The position numbers and the translations under genes are program-made. From the NCBI GenBank assembly GCA_965205215.1, contig OZ242041.1, positions 544,001 through 608,000 of the forward strand: 64,000 nucleotides of DNA, in the 5' to 3' direction. The number at the start of each line of letters is the position of its first letter. Position 1 is the stretch's first letter. The notes beneath the pieces were generated by a model that saw only the letters and a program-made list of their open reading frames with translations, was not told the DNA's origin and made no database searches. Source of the stretch: Nitrosopumilus sp. Its GTDB lineage: Archaea; Thermoproteota; Nitrososphaeria; Nitrososphaerales; Nitrosopumilaceae. Shown one piece after another: positions 29,301 to 38,177 of the stretch.

Positions 29301-32300
29301 TCAGGTGTTAGAGCCGCAACCATCCCGACGCTGCTGAGCGCAAGTATTGAACGCGCCGCCGCGTGGGGTGAAGGTACGCTTACACTGACGATAACCGGCA
29401 AGAACAACACTCTCGTCGTCGATAACGATGCGGATCTGATATACAAGATCGATCCCGACGCCGCCGCATACACCGTCGTCGGAGTCAACCCCTTCGTTGC
29501 TAACACGACCGGAGTATTCGGCACGGCGACCCTCGATACAGACGACTTCGCAACAGCTGGTGAGACGATAGACTTCCAGCTGGCAGTTCCAGACGAAAAC
29601 GGAATAACATCACCCAAGGTATCCGTGGACGTACCACCAATACTGACCCTTGATCCCATCACGATAGCTGGTACATGGAGTGGTGGAGCTACTCCTACAC
29701 TAACCCTGCGAGTATCGGGTAGTGAGGGAGTATCTGGCACCAGTGTGGACCTGTTCGTGAACGGGGCCGACAGCGGTCTGGACGTAACCTCTAATGCCGA
29801 TGGCAGCATAGCGACCACGGCATCATTTGCCGATGTCAGCGTATCTGGAGACGCAACGTTCCAGCTGAGATCAGGCGATGCAAGATCAGAGAACCAGACC
29901 GTGAACATACCTCCGGTGCTGACACTGAGAAGTGTTGCTCCATCTGGTACGTGGGAGAATGGTGAAATCGACCTTAGGATAGAAGGAAACACACTGTTAA
30001 CGGAAGGCACGGTTAACCTCATTTCACCTGACGTAACCGGCCTAACGATTGCAGTTCCAATAACTGGAGACGACTCAATCGCTTCTAACGGTGCCATTAG
30101 TGGCACGGTAACGCTTTCCAACATAGCCGTATCTGGAGCCACAAACTTCCAGCTGACGTCAGTTGTTGGAGCGAATACCGCAACGACAGAGAACCGGACC
30201 GCGAACATACCTTCGGTGCTGACACTGACAAGTGTTGTTCCGGGCTCATGGACGGGCACTTCGCCCAGCGAAACCATCGAGCTGGTCGTGACCGGCGCTT
30301 CTGGACTGCCCACTACTGCAACTGTCACTCTGCAGCTGGTTACCGGTAATGCCTCACTAACACAACCCACGGACACTCTTCCAGTTGCTAATGACGGCAG
30401 CATATTTGGAAGCGTAACCTTTGGAAATTCAGATCTAGCCGGAGATAATGTGTCATTCAATCTGACTTCTACAGTGGCCCCCAATGCTGCCACATCAAAC
30501 GCTCGGCCGGCCACTCTGCCGGCGCTGCCTTCAACCAGCAGCGTCGACATGATACCGACGCCGATATCCTCCCAGAACAGCGGGTTCCCGCCCATAACCA
30601 GGGCGGTAATCGGCGACATCTCGGAGATACCGGCGATACACAACGTGCAGTTCACCACCGACCAGACAATGGATCGGACCGTATACACATGGTCAGACGA
30701 CGACAAGACCGTCGAGGCGTTCAGCGACAGGCTCAGACTAGCCGAGCCGTCCGACAGGTACGCCATCGAGGGCAAGTCGAAGATCATCGTATACGGATGG
30801 GAGCCACCCACGTTTGCCGACGGTGTCACCACGCTGTTCAACTGGAACTTTGGCGGTATCAACTACGACGGTATTGCACCTGACGCAGTCATAACCGACA
30901 TCAGGCTTGCAAACGCGGCTCACAACCAGAGCGTGTCCCTGGGCGACGGTGCATCCGGCCTGGTGGACATCACCAGTATGGAGGATGACATCAAGGCCCT
31001 CGGAGACACCGTGGACCTGATCATCTTCATAGGAGACACCAACCTTGGCCACGTGTGCGGCGACCTCATGCTCGTAGCCGACTTCTTCACGTTCGGACAG
31101 AACGACGATGACGGCCGCGTGAACAACGCCATATACCGCATCGAGGTTGAGGAGGCAAGCAGCAACTCTGCTGACTATGAAGGCACGATCGAGTATACAA
31201 TGCTCAACCAGCTCAACATCGACGATCCCAGCACGTACACAGATCTGAGGCCCATCAGCGACCAGATATCGATCATAGTCCACGAGGACTTTACCGACGA
31301 GGATTCGGTCCGCGTGAACTATCTTGACCTGGGAGCCGACGGAGTGTCGACGCAGATAGCCATCCAGCAGGCGGCCCCGACGCACAGCGCCGTGGTCTCA
31401 TTCGACTCGGAGAGCTACAAGATCGCCGACACCGTCACCATAACGCTGGAGGACGCCGACCTGAACGTGGACAACGACGTCATAGACATCTACACGTTCT
31501 CAAACGTACACACCGACACGATCGGCGACGACGGCGCGTTCATACTGGACGTGACGTTCGACGACGAGCTCTGGACCTCCGGAGAATGTGAGGGAGCCGA
31601 CGGATTCTCATCCACCGGCTTTACGCTGCAGGAGACTACAGCAACCTCCGGCGTCTTTACGGGCGACTTCCAGATTCCAGAGGTATACTGCCAGTCGAGC
31701 ACCACCACCATGGTCTCAGTAACCGGCGTGGACATTGAGGTCAACTATCAGGACTTCCGTGACGCGTCCGGCGAGGAGATCGAGGTCGGGGCGGGAGCAG
31801 CGGTACGCGCCAACACCGGCACAGTATCGCTTGACCGCACCGTATACCCGGTGCCGTTCGAGGCAGGAGTGTTCGAGCACACCACCGGTACGCTCGGCCA
31901 GCACGATCTGACGGTCCACGTCACCATAGACGATCCGGACTTTGACATATCGGCTGCCGGCGAGGACGTAATCACCAACGCCACCGAGTACCTGACCGTA
32001 CAGGTCATACGCGGCTCGGCATCCTACACGATCGACCTCGAATCAGCGCAGATCCTCGAGACCGCGCCCGACAGCGGCGCGTTCGAGCTTGATCTGCCGC
32101 TCGCGTACAGCGACGGTCCTGACGGTGCTATCCTGCAGGGAGACATCCTGCAGGTCGAGTACCGCGACCCGACCGACGCATCAGGCGAGGAGAACACCGT
32201 CACAGACTCTGCCACGTTCGACCTGCGCAACGGCGTGCTCCAGTCAGACAAGTCCGTCTACATCATCGGCTCAGACATGATCCTGACGCTGATAGAGCCG

Positions 32301-33737
32301 GACCTTGACCTGGAGAACGACGGCGCCGAATCCTACACGCTCGACCTGATCGAGTGGGACTCTGACGCCGCCACACTGGGCATGAACAACGCAGTATTCG
32401 ATCCAGAGCCATCAGAGCTCCGTGAGACAGGCGACTCCACCGGAATATTCCAGGTGATCGCCGAGATTCCCGCGGAGATCGACGGCGACCGCCTCGAGAG
32501 GGGCGAGGAGATCGAGCTCGAGTACGTTGACTGGGGTCCGTCAGGAGCCGACTATGTCGGCGACGAGAGCGAGGATGTCGGCCTAACGGTCTACACCTCC
32601 AACTTTGGCGCGACCATCGAGCTGGACCAGAAGGTGTACACGTGGACCGACAAGGTCTACATCACCATCGTGGCGCCAGACCACAACTTCGACTCCGCTT
32701 TGGTGGATGAGATAGGCGACTCCAACCTCGACCCGATACAGGTGTCCACGCGCAGCGCCGACATCGACAACTACAAGCTTGTCGAGACCGGTCCTGACAC
32801 GGGCATCTTCACGGGAGAGGTGATCCTTATCGGATTCGACCACAACGCGGACGGCGACACCGAGACTGGCACCGACGCGGGTTACGACAACCCGCAGCGC
32901 GACACCAGTCCAGATGGAAGCGGGCCCACAAACGGCTACCTCCAGACCGACGATGACGACGGCATCACCGTCTCATTCGAGTACTCTGAGGACGAGACCG
33001 TGGTTGGATCCGCGCTCATCAGGTGGAACATTGGCGAAGTGCAGTGGCTCGAGTCATCGTACCCGGCATCCGGCACAGGCGTGGTCAGGGTCATCGACCC
33101 AGACATGAACTGGAACCCGGAGGCAGTGAACAACTTTGTAGTTGACGTGTGGTCAGACGCCGACAACGGCGGAATCGACCTCACGGTAACTGAAACCAAC
33201 GAGGCGACCGGCATATTCGAAGGCACGGTGTTCTTCACCATCACCGACGAGTCATCCGGGCACCGCCTCCGCGTGGCAGAGGGCAACACTGTAACGGCCG
33301 AATACGAGGACAACACGCTACCAGACCCATACACGACAGCAGACGAGCTTGACATCACGGCAACAACCCTGATCGGCACCATCGTGCCTCCGCTGGAGAG
33401 GGCGCCCGCAACCAACCTAAGGATTGTGGATGCATTCGGAAACAGCCTTGACACGGTGTCCGCCGACCAGCAGGTGCAGATCGTCGCCGACCTGGCCAAC
33501 GGCCAGGACCGCTCCCAGGCCTTTGCCTATCTGGTACAGGTCCAGGACGCCAACGGCGTCACGGTCGCACTGTCATGGATATCCGGAACGCTGGAGGCAG
33601 GACAGTCACTCAGCCCGTCAACATCATGGATTCCATCCGGCGCGGGAACCTACACGGCGACCGCGTTCGTATGGGAGTCAGTTGACAACCCGACTGCCCT
33701 ATCGCCGCCGGTCACAACGGACATCACCGTAAGCTAG
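26334..33737 (+). CDS. S-layer protein, copy A (putatively expressed), SlaA/Nitrosopumilus type with inserted Ig-like repeats
   Basis: N-terminus MQNEIYRKYTSITLMAIMVAGGLTFA, repeated ETG..TGIF modules and a C-terminal FVWESVDNPTALSPP, all typical of thaumarchaeal S-layer proteins. Highly acidic. Confidence 0.9.
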   Translation: MQNEIYRKYTSITLMAIMVAGGLTFAIPGVDPVFAEVSTSNPHLYVSAEGQDPDNIFAEGNIIEVIIRDDTIGDTDEGEAEPEVTVNGADLRMLQTANGYWTAYFAEVDALAGIDSLPYGEYCTETQASTVTGLQLSDGNGIYLPPGSNCANDSTTADGHPLIREPRDLTNYDGNSLGQLGLSNANLWPFIQVFDFTSLSDVEIVYNRGGTQESVTLTFDDPSESHTLDRQKYPQGAHVHIALMDYALNIDPTDEDTWVFDTQNGAAYYNLFDEDGNVLTAMNPVSVGSEAGIDETVSINRGAQGNNVIECQVTKDFGIQEEDDASKDYLMVNDYGACVPNTLGGNAADLFNDDSFAIGFVEDGSNNNVFINWAEDQRSNIVVLDDALRGNSFEVDYSSPDAKSGVVGHFFAELSLDVSDGVWNSGERIPIVLTDMDANVNPLAEDDLTVANPNSLLVPSIRIGSPVTLASATGDVEWVDLAEDDNTAPTITLNGGDVTLVQGTTYTEQGAVCDDDRDADKDATASGNVDVDTAGTYTVTYSCMDNAGNSATSVTRTVTVVEADNTAPTVTLNGNAAATAVQGTTYNDPGAVCSDNVDADKTATPSGTVDTATLGPQTITYTCTDSSGNTSTATRTVTVVEADEEAPTITLNGNAADTVVQGGTYTDPGAICIDNVDAQKAATPSGTVDTATLGPQTITYTCTDSSGNEATPVTRTVTVEEADTEAPTVTLNGDATIRIVQGGTYTEPGAVCDDAVDGQSAATPSGNVNTNAVGTYTVTYTCTDSSNNSATADRTIHVGLPVVLANIVRDADGWTDGVYELTVTGTVSSDERDVELTTDDIEDFIPISVPVANDGSINGTVALTNIGASGDITFQLVSAQGAESNEFTVNIPPILQLFSIQAAPQWVIADPTNLQVPNPQLELRLSGSHGVGNAPYSVSLVTVDDPLTAVIPGVVFTNDATTRNMSDTSISDRTQFMLAVVVGDEVIAQSGVRAATIPTLLSASIERAAAWGEGTLTLTITGKNNTLVVDNDADLIYKIDPDAAAYTVVGVNPFVANTTGVFGTATLDTDDFATAGETIDFQLAVPDENGITSPKVSVDVPPILTLDPITIAGTWSGGATPTLTLRVSGSEGVSGTSVDLFVNGADSGLDVTSNADGSIATTASFADVSVSGDATFQLRSGDARSENQTVNIPPVLTLRSVAPSGTWENGEIDLRIEGNTLLTEGTVNLISPDVTGLTIAVPITGDDSIASNGAISGTVTLSNIAVSGATNFQLTSVVGANTATTENRTANIPSVLTLTSVVPGSWTGTSPSETIELVVTGASGLPTTATVTLQLVTGNASLTQPTDTLPVANDGSIFGSVTFGNSDLAGDNVSFNLTSTVAPNAATSNARPATLPALPSTSSVDMIPTPISSQNSGFPPITRAVIGDISEIPAIHNVQFTTDQTMDRTVYTWSDDDKTVEAFSDRLRLAEPSDRYAIEGKSKIIVYGWEPPTFADGVTTLFNWNFGGINYDGIAPDAVITDIRLANAAHNQSVSLGDGASGLVDITSMEDDIKALGDTVDLIIFIGDTNLGHVCGDLMLVADFFTFGQNDDDGRVNNAIYRIEVEEASSNSADYEGTIEYTMLNQLNIDDPSTYTDLRPISDQISIIVHEDFTDEDSVRVNYLDLGADGVSTQIAIQQAAPTHSAVVSFDSESYKIADTVTITLEDADLNVDNDVIDIYTFSNVHTDTIGDDGAFILDVTFDDELWTSGECEGADGFSSTGFTLQETTATSGVFTGDFQIPEVYCQSSTTTMVSVTGVDIEVNYQDFRDASGEEIEVGAGAAVRANTGTVSLDRTVYPVPFEAGVFEHTTGTLGQHDLTVHVTIDDPDFDISAAGEDVITNATEYLTVQVIRGSASYTIDLESAQILETAPDSGAFELDLPLAYSDGPDGAILQGDILQVEYRDPTDASGEENTVTDSATFDLRNGVLQSDKSVYIIGSDMILTLIEPDLDLENDGAESYTLDLIEWDSDAATLGMNNAVFDPEPSELRETGDSTGIFQVIAEIPAEIDGDRLERGEEIELEYVDWGPSGADYVGDESEDVGLTVYTSNFGATIELDQKVYTWTDKVYITIVAPDHNFDSALVDEIGDSNLDPIQVSTRSADIDNYKLVETGPDTGIFTGEVILIGFDHNADGDTETGTDAGYDNPQRDTSPDGSGPTNGYLQTDDDDGITVSFEYSEDETVVGSALIRWNIGEVQWLESSYPASGTGVVRVIDPDMNWNPEAVNNFVVDVWSDADNGGIDLTVTETNEATGIFEGTVFFTITDESSGHRLRVAEGNTVTAEYEDNTLPDPYTTADELDITATTLIGTIVPPLERAPATNLRIVDAFGNSLDTVSADQQVQIVADLANGQDRSQAFAYLVQVQDANGVTVALSWISGTLEAGQSLSPSTSWIPSGAGTYTATAFVWESVDNPTALSPPVTTDITVS
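26359..26450 (+). repeat. 92-bp perfect inverted repeat, arm A (pairs with 57479-57570)
   Basis: Base-by-base comparison with the reverse complement of 57479-57570 shows no mismatch. Confidence 0.92.
27786..28728 (+). repeat. Four DUF5011/HYR-like Ig repeats (~79 aa) in S-layer A
   Basis: APT.TLNG...QG.TY...GA.C.D...TY.C.D...R motif starting at ~27786, 28023, 28260 and 28500. Confidence 0.8.
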
Positions 33738-33774
33738 CTAGTATATCACAGAAAACACAGAAAAAAATTCCCCC

Positions 33775-33789
33775 TTTTTTCTTTTTTTT
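33775..33789 (+). terminator. Oligo-T terminator of S-layer A
   Basis: TTTTTTCTTTTTTTT shortly after the stop. The same flank follows copy B. Confidence 0.65.
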
Positions 33790-33909
33790 ACTTTGGAACA
33801 ACAGCGGACGCTGTGACCGTCCATGCATGACATCCTTCCCCCTGACCTACCTAAGATCATGCGTAAAGTTCAGCCGCAATGCCGCGTTTCCGGCTATGTT
33901 GTTCTTTCA

Positions 33910-34008
33910 GGGTGTTAATCTAGAACATATAAAGAAATTTAGTGTAGTCAATCTGGAATATATAAAAGAGTTTAAGGTTAAAAATTTATAATATATAAAA
34001 AAGTTCTA
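33910..34008 (+). repeat. Three degenerate AT-rich 33-bp tandem repeats upstream of the ATPase gene
   Basis: aatctagaacatataaagaaatttag (33917), aatctggaatatataaaagagtttaa (33950) and aatttataatatataaaaaagttcta (33983). Confidence 0.7.
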
Positions 34009-34020
34009 GATGAGTAGGAT

Positions 34021-35532
34021 ATGGTACAAGAAAGTGACATACGGGGCGCCAATCCGTGGTGGCGGGATCCTTCAAGCATACAGGATGATCAAAAAATCAG
34101 GGATTGGGAAGAATCAGCAGCGAGATACGTACCCAGACTACTGCACGCCATCCGGTATGATTTTGAGCCCTCCAATACGGTGGTGTACTCACTGCGGGGT
34201 CCAAGACAGGTAGGCAAGACAACGCTTGTCAAGCTGCAGATAAAGGAATTTTTGGGCAGGGGCATATGCCCGTGGAACATACTATACTATACGCTGGACC
34301 TGGTAGGCACAGCGCAGGATCTTGTAGAGGTTATAGAGAGGTATATGAAAATAAGCAGCGGACTGCGCGGGGAAGACCGCTGCTATCTGTTTCTGGACGA
34401 GATCTCATCAGTACCCAATTGGCAGAAAGGAATCAAGTGGCTGGTTGACGGCGACAAGCTCAGGAACTGCACGATCATGGTTACAGGATCACATTCAATC
34501 GACATAAGAAACGCGGCGGAGAGACTGCCGGGGCGCAGGGGGAAAATTTCTGACAATCATGACAAAGTCTTGCTTCCGATGAAATTTTCAGAATACGCAT
34601 CAACTAGAAGCGACGGGATCAGAAACGTATTAAAAAAACACTTGCTGTCAGTCCAAGACAGGAGGGCCGTATTTAAAAAGCTGTTAAGCAAGGAAATCGA
34701 CGACCGGCTCTATCAAATGAGCGCGTACCGGGACGAGTTGGACGATCTTTTGCGTGAATATATGATAACGGGAGGAATGCCAAAAATCGTCAATGAGAAG
34801 ATAGAGACAGGCGGCATAAGTGAGAATTCATACAAGGTCTATCTGGACAGCATTGTGGGGCAGTGGTCCGCATTTCACAAGAACGAGTCAAGATTAAAGC
34901 AGTTCTGCAAGGCGGCAATCAAAAGCCAAGGCAGCCACACGTCATGGAACAGCCTGTCAAAGGAGGCGGATATTGACAGTATGGACACTGCCTCAAACTA
35001 CGCATATACGCTAAAAGATCTGTTTGTCCTGTCGGTCATACACCGGTATGGGGGCGATAAAAAGATCCCAATGATCAGAAGTGATAAGAAGCTCTATTTC
35101 CACGACCCATACTTCCTTCATATATTCAACGGCCTGACAAGTGCAAAAGACAACTTTGGGACCAGCCTGGACTACGTGGATCAAGAGGATAACCAAGGCA
35201 AGATTATCGAGGGTGTGACGGCAGATCACCTGATTAGATGGGCCTTTATCCTAAGCAACAAAAAGCAGACTTTTGACTATTACAATCACGTGTTTTACTG
35301 GAAGGATAAAAACAACAGAGAAGTGGACTTCGTGCTGTATGGCGTGGATGACATAGAGGTCCCCATAGAGGTCAAGTATAGAAAGAGGATTAATTTCAGA
35401 GAACTGTCCGGACTCGTGAGCTTTCTTGGCAGCTCTAATACCAAAAGCGGGCTAGTCGTTTCAAAATACGACTTAGAGGCAAGATCCGAGTACGTAGTCA
35501 TTCCGGCCGCGGTCTTTTTGCTCCTGATGTAA
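34021..35532 (+). CDS. AAA_14 ATPase with C-terminal DUF4143 nuclease-like domain
   Basis: NPWW, GPRQVGKTT, LFLDEI, VTGS, GR, YMITGGMP, KLYFHD and EVDFV...IEVK. Confidence 0.88.
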   Translation: MVQESDIRGANPWWRDPSSIQDDQKIRDWEESAARYVPRLLHAIRYDFEPSNTVVYSLRGPRQVGKTTLVKLQIKEFLGRGICPWNILYYTLDLVGTAQDLVEVIERYMKISSGLRGEDRCYLFLDEISSVPNWQKGIKWLVDGDKLRNCTIMVTGSHSIDIRNAAERLPGRRGKISDNHDKVLLPMKFSEYASTRSDGIRNVLKKHLLSVQDRRAVFKKLLSKEIDDRLYQMSAYRDELDDLLREYMITGGMPKIVNEKIETGGISENSYKVYLDSIVGQWSAFHKNESRLKQFCKAAIKSQGSHTSWNSLSKEADIDSMDTASNYAYTLKDLFVLSVIHRYGGDKKIPMIRSDKKLYFHDPYFLHIFNGLTSAKDNFGTSLDYVDQEDNQGKIIEGVTADHLIRWAFILSNKKQTFDYYNHVFYWKDKNNREVDFVLYGVDDIEVPIEVKYRKRINFRELSGLVSFLGSSNTKSGLVVSKYDLEARSEYVVIPAAVFLLLM

Positions 35533-35736
35533 ACCCGGCCGGGTCGGGACGGACGGGCCCGCAAATGCGGATGACGCAGAGCGCACGATCACACAGTAAG
35601 AATACGCGTTTGGGGGCTTGTGGCGCCGAATCCAAAGCTCGTGCATACTCTGAAACCCTCCTGTTGAGATACCTGCGTACGCCTTGAAAACCGCGCGCCC
35701 TCTTAACTTTATAAGAACCACGGCGCACACGGACTC

Positions 35737-36213
35737 ATGCCGGGCGCAGGGGTCGACGAGCTGGACGTCTCCATACTCAGGGAGCTCTCGGAGGACTCGT
35801 CCGTCTCCGTGCCGCGCCTCTCAGAAAGGATAGGCGCAAACCCGTCGGTGGTATACTCCAGGATAAAGCGGCTCGTCAAGAACCGCCTGATCGAGGGGTA
35901 TACCATAAAGGTCAACGGCGAGGCCCTCGGGTACGGCGTCAAGGCGGTGACCGGCATAAAGATGGACACGAACCGCCGCGACCACATAATAGACGAGCTG
36001 TTCAGGATAGACGGCGTCGCCGCCGTGTCCGAGGTGACCGGCAGGTTCGACATGCTTGTAACGATGTATTCGGAGTCGCTTGACCAGATGCACAAGGTCG
36101 TCTCCGAGAGGATAGGCCGCATCGACGGGGTGCTGTCCTCCGAGTCCTTTGTGGAGATGAAGTCGCGCGCAAAGGCAATGCCATATATGAGAAGCGGCGC
36201 CGGGGATGACTGA
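35737..36213 (+). CDS. Lrp/AsnC family transcriptional regulator
   Basis: DELDVSILREL HTH, RIKRL and EVTGRFD. Confidence 0.9.
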   Translation: MPGAGVDELDVSILRELSEDSSVSVPRLSERIGANPSVVYSRIKRLVKNRLIEGYTIKVNGEALGYGVKAVTGIKMDTNRRDHIIDELFRIDGVAAVSEVTGRFDMLVTMYSESLDQMHKVVSERIGRIDGVLSSESFVEMKSRAKAMPYMRSGAGDD

Positions 36214-36218
36214 CAGAC

Positions 36219-37151
36219 ATGCAGCAGCACGAAAAGTCCCAGTCAAGGGTGGCCGTATACTATGAGCTTACAAAGCCCAAGATATGGTACCTGCTGGTGT
36301 TCACCGCGTTCGGGGCCACGCTGACGGCGTCGAACATATACGGGGTGGAGGTCTCCCCCGCCACCTGGGCCTTGGTGCTGTTCTCAGTCGCCGCCGGCTC
36401 GGCTGCGGCAAACACGCTTACAAACTACCACGACAGGGACATCGACGCCATAATGGAGCGCACAAAGAGCAGGCCGCTCCCCTCAAAGAGGATACACCCG
36501 GCCACAAAGGCCCGTAACTTTGGGCTCGTGCTGGCTGCCGCGTCCCTGGTGCTGGCAGGTGCGATCGCGCTAACCACTACCGTGGAGCAGGGGCTGTGGG
36601 CCGCGGGGTTCATCGCGTTCGGCCTGCTCAACAACGTGCTGGTGTACTCTTACGCGCTAAAGCGCACGTCCCGCACCAACATAATACTCGGCGGCCTGTG
36701 CGGGGGCGCCCCGCCCATGATAGGATGGGTGGCCGTTACAACGTCGGACCTGTGGACCATGGGCCTCGCGATGGCGGGCCTCGTGTTCATATGGATACCC
36801 ATGCACATCTGGGCGCTGACCCTGCACTTCAAGGAGGACTACAACAGGGTGGACGTCCCGATGCTGACGGCGGTGCAGTCTGAGAGGACGTCGGCCAGGG
36901 CGATTGCCGCGTCCACCGTAGTGATGGTGGCGTTCTCCATTGTGCCGTTCTTCCTTGCAATGGAGGACGGCACCGCCATGGTGGGGCCCGCGTACCTGTG
37001 GACGGCCGTGGCCTCCGGGGTTCTGATGATTGTACTGTCCGCGTGGGTGATTGCAAAACCCATGGAGAGGGCGTCGTGGACGCTCTTCAAGTTCTCAAGC
37101 CCGTACCTGGCGGTGCTGTTCATAGCGCTGATGGTCGACTCGGCCCTCTAA
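36219..37151 (+). CDS. cyoE: Protoheme IX farnesyltransferase (heme O synthase)
   Basis: ELTKPKI, DRDIDAIMERTKSRPLP, PPMIGW, WIPMHIWAL and multiple TM helices. Confidence 0.95.
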   Translation: MQQHEKSQSRVAVYYELTKPKIWYLLVFTAFGATLTASNIYGVEVSPATWALVLFSVAAGSAAANTLTNYHDRDIDAIMERTKSRPLPSKRIHPATKARNFGLVLAAASLVLAGAIALTTTVEQGLWAAGFIAFGLLNNVLVYSYALKRTSRTNIILGGLCGGAPPMIGWVAVTTSDLWTMGLAMAGLVFIWIPMHIWALTLHFKEDYNRVDVPMLTAVQSERTSARAIAASTVVMVAFSIVPFFLAMEDGTAMVGPAYLWTAVASGVLMIVLSAWVIAKPMERASWTLFKFSSPYLAVLFIALMVDSAL

Positions 37152-37276
37152 GGGTCGGCCATATTCTTCTAGCGGGCCGGCGCCGGGATTCTCATCGCGT
37201 GGGGGTTAGGCGGTGTCGCCGCCACTCAGAACACGTGCGCGCGGCCCGTCCGCGCCCTCACGCGGTGGCGCCCGGC

Positions 37277-37528
37277 TCACGCGCCTGAGTCCAGCCCGTT
37301 TATCTCCCCGGTGACCTGCGAGTGCTCCCTGACTAGGTCTGCCAGTTCGGCGCGCATCGCATCCGAGTCCCAGCCGTGCTCTGTTATCAGGCGCGTCAGT
37401 TTTGACGCAATGGCCTGTTGCAGCGTGCTTTGTTTGTCTATGAGTTCCAGAAACCGCCTGCCCTTCTCTATGTCCGCGTCGCCATCGCTGTCCACGCCGC
37501 CCATGCATGACGTGTCCGTGTCTTCCAT
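37277..37528 (-). CDS. Small helical hypothetical protein
   Basis: Plausible coiled-coil ORF (KGRRFLELIDKQ...). Start uncertain. Confidence 0.55.
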   Translation of the reverse strand: MEDTDTSCMGGVDSDGDADIEKGRRFLELIDKQSTLQQAIASKLTRLITEHGWDSDAMRAELADLVREHSQVTGEINGLDSGA

Positions 37529-37631
37529 AAGTGTCGTTCCTTGCAGGGCCATTCGGCACATATGATATCACCGCAGCCGGCAGCGCGCACCGCAGGAAAC
37601 GTTTAAGGTTCTGTGTGTGGCACCACGGGCA

Positions 37632-38099
37632 ATGGCCGGCGACAAGAAGAAAAAGGACGGCAAAAAGGCAAAGAAATCCTCGGGCAAGAAACCAGCACCA
37701 GTACGGCAGGGCGCCGCGGCAGCCGCCGCTGCCGCCGCGACAACCGAGCCGCAGCTGCCGTTCTCCATAGCCCCGGATCTTGAGCATTCGTGGAACCTAT
37801 ACCATGCGGCCCTGACGGGCTGGACCGAGTCGGCGGCCGTCCTGCAGAAATCCTCCATACGCGCGTCGGCCTCCTATCTTGAACTGTGCCGTCGGGCAGT
37901 CGACTTTGACACGGAGCTGCTCAAGGAGGCCGGCCTGTACTGGGCCGAAAAATGGCAGGACGCCTGCTCGGAGAGCGCCGTACAGCACGCGAGGGCTGCC
38001 ACGGCAGCCGCCGCGTTCCAGATACATGCCTTCAGGCGCGTGCAGGCCGGGTTACTTGCAGAGTATAACAGGCAGTGGGAGCGGGCGCTCTGGCCCTGA
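37632..38099 (+). CDS. Hypothetical helical protein with Lys/Ala-rich N-terminus
   Basis: ORF follows a TTTAA box and has an amphipathic Trp-containing C-terminal part. Confidence 0.5.
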   Translation: MAGDKKKKDGKKAKKSSGKKPAPVRQGAAAAAAAAATTEPQLPFSIAPDLEHSWNLYHAALTGWTESAAVLQKSSIRASASYLELCRRAVDFDTELLKEAGLYWAEKWQDACSESAVQHARAATAAAAFQIHAFRRVQAGLLAEYNRQWERALWP

Positions 38100-38177
38100 C
38101 GGGGAATCATGTACATTAGTTCGCTGTTGCCCACAATGTTGCCATCGCCCCCGCCGCCTGCCTGCCCGCCCGAAAAT

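Noticed and set aside
29117-30862. 581-aa antisense ORF, and similar long shadow ORFs (8140-9102, 37874-39136, 42698-43897, 44837-46171)
   Set aside because: They overlap well-supported genes and are expected from codon bias in GC-rich DNA.
33910-34008. Mini CRISPR array
   Set aside because: The units are contiguous and degenerate with no unique spacers.
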